Source of the DNA: Eledone cirrhosa
Lineage: Eukaryota
Reading direction: 5' to 3'
Assembly (NCBI GenBank): GCA_964016885.1
Contig: OZ024743.1
Span: 281,356,001 to 281,420,000 of the forward strand
DNA length: 64,000 nucleotides
Numbering within the stretch: the first letter of the stretch is position 1; each line of letters opens with the position of its first letter. A program made the position numbers and the translations under genes. Positions 54,163-64,000 of this stretch are shown one piece after another. The notes under the pieces are model-generated. The model was not told the DNA's origin. It did no database searches and worked only from the letters and a program-made list of their open reading frames with translations.

Positions 54163-55995
54163 CACAATACAGACGCTCTTTTCATTGTACGACAACTACA
54201 GGAGAAGTACCTAGCTAAAAGTAAACCCCTATACTTAGCTTTCGTCGACTTGGAGAAAGCCTTCGACAGAGTCCCCCGTTCCATTATCTGGTGGTCTCTT
54301 AGAAAACTAGGTGTTGACGAATGGCTTGTGAGAGCTATACAAGCCATGTATAAAGAAACAGTCAGTAAGGTTAGAATTAACAACGAATATAGTGAAGAGT
54401 TTAGCGTAAAAGTTGGTGTCCATCAGGGCTCTGTTCTTAGCCCCCTACTATTTATTATTGCCCTTCAGGCTATAACAGAGGAGTTCAAGACCGGCTGCCC
54501 ATGGGAACTCCTATACGCAGATGATCTAACGCTCATAGCTGAATCAATGACCGAACTAGAGAAGAAATTCCAAACATGGAAGCACGGCCTAGAATCAAAA
54601 GGCCTTAAAATTAACCTGGCTAAGACTAAAGTTCTAGTTTGTAGGAAAGAAAATATGGCGGCAGTCCCATCTGGGAAATGGCCATGCTCAGTGTGTAGGA
54701 AAGGCGTAGGTAGAAACTCCATTTTATGTCCCAAATGCAAAGTATGGGTGCATAAAAGATGTAGTGGGATCACAGGTAAGCTAACTAAGAACATAGATTT
54801 TACATGTGGCCGGTGCTCTGGTGCAATAAGTAGCAGCAAGTGCCCACAAAATACTAGCTCTTTCAACTGCGCAGAGGGTTCTATAGAAATAGTGGACAGC
54901 TTCCGTTACCTGGGTGACAAAATCAGCAGTGGGGGAGGGTGCTCTGAAAGTACAGTAGCTAGAGTCAGAACTGGATGGAAAAAGTTCAGAGAGCTTATAC
55001 CACTATTAGCCGCTAGAGGGTTCTCCCTAAAAATGAAAGGCAGGTTATACGATGCCTGCATACGAACAGCAATGCTGCATGGCAGTGAGACCTGGGCATT
55101 GTGTGCAGAGGATATACGCAGACTAGAGAGGAACGAAGCTTGCATGCTCCGCTGGATGTGCAATAGTAATATACGTGAACGGCAAAGCATAAACGAACTA
55201 AGGAAAAAATTAGAAATAAGAGGGATCAGATGTTGTTTACTCGAGAGAAGGCTACGTTGGTACGGTCACGTGATGCGCATGAAAGACGACAGCTGTATAA
55301 CAAAGTGCAGGGCAATAAAGATAGACGGTAGCCACGGAGTAGGCAGACCCAGAAAAACATGGGACGAGCTGATAAATTCCGACCTCACACGCTTACACCT
55401 CTCCAAGACAATGTCACTGGACCGAGACCTTTGGCGGTACTCAGTAATAGAGAAGACCCGCCTTACCTAAATACAAAGTAAAAACCTACTACAGTCAGTA
55501 GGCATCTCTATCAAAACACACCCCCGTCCCACCACCTCCACCCCACCCACACCGCCCCTTTCAATTTAAAGTTATGTTGGTCCCACAACATCCAGGCCGA
55601 AACAAATGAGATCGTGTAGGTGTCACGACAAAAAACACACAGTCCACGCTGTAAATGTGGCCGTGTAGGCAACACGGTAAAAACCTCCCAGCCCCACACT
55701 GTAAATGTGGTTGGTGTTAGGAAGGGCATCCAGCTGTAGAAAACCCGCCAGACAGTCCACGCTGTAATGTGGCCGTGTAGGCAACACAGTAAAAACCTCC
55801 CAGCCCCACACTGTAAATGTGGTTGGTGTTAGGAAGGGCATCCAACTGTAGAAAACCCGCCAGACAGTCCTATGCGAGCAAGACAACCACTCTTGCCTCA
55901 AGTGGGAAAACCCCCGTCCAAACCCATGCAAGCGTGGAACACGGACGCTAAACCTGATGATGATGATGATGATGATAATGATTATGATGATGATG
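54163..55995 (+). mobile_element. Young 5'-truncated RTE LINE with uninterrupted 406-aa RT/PHD reading frame
   Basis: ORF 54250..55470 without stops; YADD, C4HC3 finger, RLRWYGHVMRM, GRPRKTW; about 112-bp tandem duplication at 55640-55865; (GAT)n tail. Confidence 0.95.
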
Positions 55996-57377
55996 ATAAT
56001 AATTGGTATCAGCCATTTTACCAATTAATCGGCTTTGATAATCAGCTACTATTTTGGGAGAGCAAGAAAAAGATGGGTGACAGAAATTCTGACAACAGAG
56101 ATGCATAATGCATAAGAAATATATATTATTTCCTAGGGCACAATCTAAGCCCACCTCTGTTTCTAGTGCTCAAACATGCTGAACTACACAACAGGAAATT
56201 ACTTGGGACAGTCCAGGAGGCAAACTGCCCTGTAGGTTAAAGTGTATCAAATTAGAAAAGAGACTCATTAACTCAGCTGAGAGGATATATGGTTTCTACA
56301 GTAGGATGCCTCTTTACACAGTGTATGAACATATACATAAATATATATACATACAGGAATGCACAAATGAGATGTGGTCCTCCTACCCATCTGGAAGGGC
56401 AATAACTCCAACTGATTCTGACTAACAATCCATCCAATCAGCGGCAAAACAACGATGAAGATCATCATCATCGTTTAACGTCCACTTTCCCTGCTTGCAA
56501 GGGTTCGACAGGTCTACATAGACCAAGTGAGTACTGAAGCGCAGCTACCAACCTCCTAGACAAGCTGGAGGTCTGCATCTTGCTTACATATGATTTCACG
56601 TTCTACCAAGTGCACCAGCACAAGAGAACTGAAGAGTCCTCCCAACCCTTTGTTCAGCAAGCTTTCTATGGCTGGGTGCCCTTCCTTTCATTAACCATTT
56701 TGCAGTGTCTACTGAGTGCATTTATCATGTAGATCACCAACACTAGGGAGGCTATCATGTCCTTGACACAACTGATATATACAGTACATATATATATCAC
56801 CATCATCGTTATGCGTAGATTTTCCATGCCTGCATGAGTTAGATGATGTGCTACATTCTGTGACCTGACAGTTCAGATGGCCATGTCTTGGTCATAGATA
56901 TTTTGAATATGGTTTGTATGGCTAAATGCCCTTCCTAACGTCAACCAATTTATAGAGAGCCCACTATATATAGATATACACATGCTTGCTTATGGTTGTC
57001 CATCAAATTCAATGATGACTAACTTCTTCATATGTGGATCCTTTGAGCAGCAGAAATATAGGATGCAGTTGAGCAGGTGAACTGAGAATTGTGACTGTTA
57101 CTGCCTACACAACACTTATTACATACTTCGCAAGGCAGGAAACAACAGAAATGGTGATATCTCAATGTCACAGACATATATGATACTCTAACTGTTGTAA
57201 CTACAACCCCTAAAGTACAAAATACCTGATCCATATTGCAGAGGTCAACTATGCAATGAAGCTTCATAGTGGTGGCATTTCCAGTATGACTAACTTTACT
57301 ATGAAGGAGATAAATCCAGTGGCAAGGGCGACCCAAGATGACTTGTGCTCCTGCTCAACTGTAGAAAATTGCCTTAA

Positions 57378-57569
57378 CTCTTTAGCATTTACATTGCTCT
57401 ACAGTATTTTCGTGGTAAAGGCTTTATCTTAAATAATATCGAATTTATGAGATTTCGATATTATTTTTTTTTTAAACAATACCTTTACATCAGTATGAGT
57501 GGCCAGATATAGCCGGTTTGAATAGAAAGAGGCGAGATACCGGATACAGATGGTTTAAATGCTAAAGGG
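57378..57569. mobile_element. piggyBac-type MITE
   Basis: TTAA TSD, family TIRs. Confidence 0.8.
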
Positions 57570-57937
57570 TTAAAGCTGACTTCTGCAGACTTTTCTTCTC
57601 AGGGAGTACTCTGTTAGACTTTATCTTCTCAAACTCACCCACATGGCAGTGCAAATAGACTGTCTCAACATAGCTAAGAAGCCCTATTTGTTCTTCTAGA
57701 CAGATGTTCTGTCAAAAAAAAGAGAGATCAATCACTCCCAAAGTGGTCTAGCAGCATGTTCGTTCACCACCAGGTTTATTCATGTTTTTGATAGGTCTCA
57801 TTCTTGTCCTGTTGGGTTTCTAACAACCATCAACACTAGGCTTGCTTGGCGAGGGTGCAGGTTTAGTCGTAGACAACACTTGCCGTAATATATCACATGC
57901 TTCCAGTATCACTCAAAATGACCTCACACACATATAT

Positions 57938-58259
57938 ATACTATAAGGAACAAAGATTCAGTGTTGCAGCATAACATTACATTTGTTTCACTATCGATCA
58001 GCTTGAGGCAAGACCCATTATAGATCGAACCTGACTCTGTAATCGAAAGGTCATCAGATATGCTTAGTATATAAATTCGTCTTCGATCTGATTAGAGACG
58101 AATTCATATACTAAGCATATCTGACGACCTTTCGATTACAGAGTCAGGTTCGATCTATAGTAGGTCTTGCCTCACAGCTGATCGATAGTGAAACATATGT
58201 AATATGCTATTAAATGTTATGATGCAACACTGAATCTTTGTTCATTATCCTTATAGTAT
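57938..58259. mobile_element. About 320-bp fold-back element with a hammerhead motif on each strand (PLE-like)
   Basis: Arms 57938-58082 / 58096-58259, 13-nt spacer, TA-rich flanks. Confidence 0.8.
58114..58208 (+). ncRNA. Type I hammerhead ribozyme motif with extended stem II
   Basis: AGCATAT-CTGACGA-[62 nt, ctttcgat..atcgatag]-GAAA-CATATG-TA-ATATGCT; 7-bp stem I, palindromic stem III ACATATGT, GUA site; first stem II pair mismatched. Confidence 0.72.
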
Positions 58260-59064
58260 TATACAACTATATATATATATATATATATCATCATCATCAC
58301 CGTTTAACGTCTTATTTTTTCACGTTTGCATGGGTTGTCCACGTTATGAGACAAGTCTGGACAGTTGGCCGTGCAGTACTTTGCTCAAACGGAACTGTAT
58401 TCTGGCAGGGTTTGTTTTATTGCCGGATGCCTTTTCTAAAACCAACCACGTTTACAGTATAGAACTTGGTGGCCGTTATGTGGAGCGTCTGGCAAGTTGG
58501 CCGCGCTGTACCTCACCTGTAGTGGAACCGTATTTTGGAACCATATATACATACATTACACGCTCTCACCTATTTTCCACGTGTATCATCTTCGAGTTTA
58601 ATGTTATCTTTCGATGTGAGGATCGGTAAATAAAGTATCGGTCGGGTGTGGTGGGTACTGCATTGGGTGTGATGCGTGGCGGTATTTCAACCTTTTTATG
58701 TTCTAAGTTTGTCTGCAATATTCTAAGTTACATCAGTCTTTGCCTTTCCCTTAAACATCGTGTGGTGTACAAAGGGGAAATTGCAAGTACGGAAGACTGC
58801 TACTCTTCCACAAAAAACTTTTCCTGTGCCTGTACCTTATGGGAGAACTTTCCGTGAATAGATCCAACGCCCCACCACTCTACTTTTATGTATTATGAAC
58901 TTTTTTCCCTTGTTTGTAAACTTTATATATATATACACACAAAAAAAAACATACATAGATCATTCAAGTTCAATCACAATAAAATAAAACCAATGATGAG
59001 TTTAAATGCTTTCGAAATATTATTCAATATTACAAAACAAATATAATATACGATTAGAACTTAC

Positions 59065-59115
59065 CAATATGAGAAAAGTTGCTGGTGAATTCAAAACACG
59101 TGTGGCAAGCGGAAA
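59065..59115 (-). other. GAR1: Probable non-coding first exon of GAR1
   Basis: Strong donor TG/GTAAGT at 59064; adjacent promoter motifs; TSS approximate. Confidence 0.6.
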
Positions 59116-59134
59116 TATTAATGACGCATGCGCA
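59097..59134 (-). promoter_or_regulatory. Housekeeping promoter motifs: E-box, ETS-like, NRF1-like
   Basis: CACGTG 59097-59102, GCGGAAAT 59109-59116, TGCGCATGCGT 59124-59134 in otherwise CpG-poor DNA. Confidence 0.6.
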
Positions 59135-59896
59135 GTAAAGATTTGTACCTAATTACTAGCTCGTATATTTTACTCATGAAGTTAGTATCGTTTAAAGAAT
59201 AAAAAAATTTTAATTCTAAAAATTATCCTGAAATTAAATCAAGTTTTTTAAGTGGTAATTTCACTTGATTTTTCTGTGGAATATTTATTTGTTTTTTTTT
59301 ATGACAATCGTGACCACATAGACCAAGATGGCTTCCTATAATGAGTTCTATTATTAAACTGTGAAAGTACTTGTTCAAAATTACATTATGCCAAGCAGGT
59401 ATGAAGATTTTAATCATTTCTTTTGTATGTGTCTAGTGTACTAAATATTTAATCATATTATGGCTATAATTTAAATTGATGTCTGAATTCATTGTTTAAC
59501 ACTAAACAAGTATAACCCCAAATCGTTTATAATACGATTGTGAAGCAGCATGTTTCTAAACTCGAAATAAGTAAACAAATTGTGTCCTTTTATCCATTAG
59601 TTTTCCATATCTTGATCTCGCCTTCTAATGCATCAAAAATATTATAAAATCTCAACTAATGGCTTAATCGTGTTTTGTTTAGTCAATATTAAATTGGTTA
59701 TATTAACGTATCTGGTTAATTGTCAATAAGAAATAATCTCATAATGTTGTTTTTAATATCGATAGTGAATCTGTTTGGTGGAGGATCTGCTAGCTGTTAT
59801 ATCAACATCTGGATGATTTGTACTATAGTTCCGATCTCAATGTATTTATAACAACGACAATAATAATAACAATATCCATATGTGACTCTCCCTCCC

Positions 59897-59937
<41 letters not shown>

Positions 59938-60714
59938 GGTATATATATATATATATAGGTATGTGTGTGTATATATATATATTATTGGTAGTCTTTCTCT
60001 CTCTCTCTCTCTCTACACACACATGGATAGATAATCTGTTTATTTATTCGTATATCTAGTCTAATGTTTACCAAACCGTTAACACAGTGCTATGTCGTGA
60101 AACCAATTAATGTTGTTTTTTATTTATATAGTATACTACTGTATTTCACGTTTTAAAAAATGTCCACGCTGTTTCTGACAAATCTATTGCAAGGTTAACA
60201 TTATAGCTGTTCTAAACATTTAAGACCACATGCCATCGGAAGCACACTGATTCATTAAATACGAAATCAACAACAAAAGAAATGGCTAATAAACAAACTT
60301 AGTAATCGACAATATATTTCTTTCTCCTTCTCACTCTCTATCTATCTATCATTCTCATACACCCTCTTTCTCTCGCTTCCCCCTCCCCCATTAGACACAC
60401 CAAGTCCTTGATCAGAATGTCGACCCTCTGGAACTCCTCTATTTATGTCTTCCAAAAAGGAGTGGAACTGCGACAGTTTAAACAGAACAATAATACTATT
60501 GATCTCTCTAAGTTGTGTGGATTAAACAGGCCCAACAAAGCAAATCTCTCAATATATATAAAGGTGTAGTAAAGCCCTCAGTTTTAACACAAGACATCAT
60601 CATCATCGTTTATTATCTGTTTTCCCAGCTAGCAACAGTTGGATGAGTCGTCAACCAACCACGTTGGTACTCAAAGCAGTGTAACTTACCTCACCGTGGG
60701 CTGGGAGCCTGTAT

Positions 60715-61750
60715 CTCTCTTATGTTCCTACATATTAATGTTATAGATGCCAACTTAAAGAATGCCACAGTACTGAAATATGCAGATGACATCAAGCTGT
60801 ACTTTGAGATAAAAAGGACAAATCCTGAACACTATAGATCTTGCTTGCAGTCTGACCTGGACACAATGCAACAATGGATCTCAGACTGGCAACTCAAGCT
60901 AGCTGTGGACAAGTGCACCACCATGCATTTTGGGAGTAAAAACCCAGCGTCCACATACTCCCTCCACAGCACTAATATCAAGAAGTCTTCTTGTGAACGT
61001 GACCTGGGCATTACGGTCAGCAGCGATTTGCGTTGGACGAAGCACGTCTCTAAAATTGTCAAGAGGGCTGAGGGTGTCTTAGCATCACTCAGCAAGACCT
61101 TTGTCAACCGCTCTCCAGCTATCTATTTAAGGCTGTACATAGCTATGGTGCGGCCACACTTAGAATTTGCATCACCAGTCTGGAACCCCTATCTTGCTCA
61201 GAACATTGACCGCCTGGAAACTGTTCAGAGACGTGCAACCATGCGAATACCCTCCATCAGGCATCTACCATACTCTGAAAGCTTTGCTTCCCTGGGCATG
61301 GCAACATTGAAGCTCCGACGTCTGGCAACTGACTTGGTAAACACCCACAAAATTATTAACCATCTTGCCAACAACAACCCTGAGTACCTTTTTGATTTCC
61401 ATGTGTCTAACACACGTGGGCATGCCCACAGAGTCAGAAAACAGCACAGCTCCCATGACTTTCGAAAACATTTTTTCACGCTCAGAGTTGCTGAAGCATG
61501 GAACAAACTACCTGCATCAGTTATTAGCTATCAAGACACTGCATCCTTTAAAACTTCCATGCTTCCTGAGATTCGCCAACACTACACCTAATATTCCCCC
61601 TCCATACACATGCACACATGTATATCATGACTCACACACTATTCACTTCCCTGGCATTTGTATATTATTCTATGTACTATACATGCACCTTTGACGAGTT
61701 GTAGTGTACCTGAGCACTTTACACAATAATTTCATTATTATTATTATTAT
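60715..61750 (+). mobile_element. 5'-truncated CR1-like LINE
   Basis: 289-aa open frame: KYADDIK, LQSDLD, ERDLG, RPHLEFASPVWNPY, TRGH, FFTLRVAEAWNKLP; (ATT)n tail. Confidence 0.9.
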
Positions 61751-61930
61751 CTTACCAAATGCTCAGACCAATTGACATGCTTACATACGATCCTGTATAA
61801 CTGAATTAGTTAATATAATCTATTTAAAGAACACATCAAGTTGAAGTCAGTCAGGTGAATAGATAGTCCCATTGGAGACACAAAATATTCTTAACTGAAA
61901 AGCTCAGAGAGCTGCCTGGTTCATCTAGTG

Positions 61931-62246
61931 CGGGTTTCTCAATCTGGGCGATCAGCAACTGAACAGAAAATGGTAGGCGATTGGAAATGTTGGTGGACGA
62001 TATAGGATTTTGAGGATTAAGAAGATATTTCAGCATATACCACCCTAAAAAATATTCAAAGGTGACATGCAAAGAACCTATATAAAATTTTTAAATAACA
62101 GGTGGCTAAATGAGGATAATCAACAAGTAACAAACTTTTACCAAACATTTTTGGTATGCTTTTGAATATTTAGTATAGAGGTCGGCAGTGGAAATTTTTT
62201 TCCATGTGAAAATGTACAATAACACAAAAACGGTTGGGAACCCCTG
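61931..62246. mobile_element. Degenerate hAT (Charlie-like) MITE
   Basis: cgggtttctcaatc / gttgggaacccctg with TCTAG-containing flanks. Confidence 0.55.
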
Positions 62247-63165
62247 TTCTAGTTCTTGTCTTTTGTTCTTATGTTTACAGTTATCCTTTTATCCTTCTGA
62301 GATTTGGTAAGATGATAAAATACACTCCGTTACCTTTGTGAGGTGATAACGACGGTGCTACAGCAAAAAGCACCCAGTCCATACTGTAAGGTAGTAGTAC
62401 TAGTGCCATGGCAAGTAACACCCAGTCTACCCTGTAAGGTGGTAGTGCTCCTAGTGTATGCTGTAAAGTGGTTGGTGTTAGGAAGGTCATCCAGCCATAA
62501 TAAACTAAGCCAAAAGTGAAACATATGAGCAAGACAATCTGAACATGACAATCTGTCTACACCATCTAAGCATGGAAAATAGATGTTAAGCAGTGATAAT
62601 GATGAAGTATTAGACAAGTACTGGGGTTAGTATAATTGACTATCTTGCCCAAATGTTTTTTATCCATTGCTGGATGTAGCCTCAACAACTGTACAGGTTT
62701 AAGTCTACTTGTCCATGTTTGGTGGGCTGCTGCTGCTGCTCAAATCCCGCCAAGGTTAGCTTTGCCTTTCATCCTTACAGGGTTTATAAAATAAAGTACC
62801 AGTAATGCACTGGGGTTAATTTAATCGACTTTCCCTTCCCCTAAAATTGTTGGCCTTCTGTCTGAATTAGAAATCATTATATGTACACATTCACTTTCTC
62901 TCCCCCTCTCTCTATATATATTTCTATAAAGAATTGTGTGCTCGTGCATGGAGACACTATAAAATAGGGTAAAGACGGAAAAAGAGGTTACCATCAGCTG
63001 CTATGAGGAATCGGACCCCATCTTTTATCTCTCATTCTATTTGCTGGTGAAGGAGTAGTGTCTAAAATATTAAGACTCTTTTCCTCGTATATCAAGTGTT
63101 AAACTTATATGTTCTTCGTTGTACTGTGCTATTTGCTTTGTTGTTTCTATTTACTTTTTACATAC

Positions 63166-63234
<69 letters not shown>

Positions 63235-63700
63235 CTCTCTTTCTCTCACACACATGCACTTTTCTATATGATAATTATATAAAGATGTTAATTTATGATT
63301 AAGAATCAATTTTTATGTCTAAGAATTTTATGAAACTGTTTTCGGTATTGAAATATTTATTTCTTTATTTTCAGGAGAGAACTGCAAGTATTTTTTTTTT
63401 TCTTTCTAAAACTATGAAAATATTGCATTCTGTTTCTCTAAGAATTTCTTTAAAGCCTTTATCTGCAAAAGCAACTTTAATCCTTATTTTTTTTTATTTT
63501 GCTCTTTTATTTTGTTGCATTTATCATTATTAACTTTTTGTTTGCTTCAGAATTGTATCATTTCTCTCTCTCTCTCTACCTCTCACTATATATATATATA
63601 TAACAGGTAAAGACCCCTCTCCCCTTTGGTCACAGATGACCATGAGATTTGCACCTAGAAAGTTCCCCTTCAATGCACAAGTCCAGGCAAGGTTGTTTAT

Positions 63701-63910
63701 CTCTTTAGCATTCACATTACTCTATATATACTATTATATTTTCATGGTAAAGGCTTTACCTTGCATAATTATCTCACATAATATCGAATCTATGAGATTT
63801 TGAAAGTATTAATTTTGAGAACAATACCTTAACATTAGTTTGAGTGACCAGTTACAGCCAGTTTCAACAGAAAAAGGTAGAGAATTCTGGCTGGTTTGAA
63901 CATTAAAGGG
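63701..63910. mobile_element. piggyBac-type MITE, degenerate ends
   Basis: Internal sequence homologous to 39058-39279. Confidence 0.75.
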
Positions 63911-64000
63911 TTATAGAAGACCAACTGTCACCAATACTTTCCAGTCTTCCTTCTCCATGCCATCAATGTTGTCCAAGGGAAAGGCAAAAGTTGATACACC

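Overview
AT-rich, microsatellite-dense animal genomic DNA. The SINE, RTE and microsatellite repertoire looks like an octopus-type cephalopod (inference). The one host gene I can reconstruct is GAR1 (H/ACA snoRNP subunit 1) on the minus strand, about 24.7-59.1 kb. It has six coding exons (627 nt, 208 aa, all phases compatible), a probable 5' UTR exon, and a clear U12-type (minor spliceosome) GT-AG intron at 40422-41066. The rest is mostly mobile DNA: a near full-length decayed Tx1/L1-clade LINE at an (AAT)n tract, a (TACA)n-embedded cluster of Dong/R4 and RTE elements, several RTE LINEs with a PHD finger after the RT core, a CR1-like LINE, tRNA-derived SINEs sharing the RTE 3' tail, and piggyBac-, hAT- and Tc1/mariner-type MITEs. 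The most unusual signal is a dispersed set of Penelope-like fold-back elements, mostly in (TA)n tracts, that carry type I hammerhead ribozyme motifs; several lie sense within GAR1 introns. Also notable is a 57-nt templated insertion with a 15-nt duplication, apparently copied from a sequence 2.5 kb away. Everything was read by eye; repeat boundaries are approximate.
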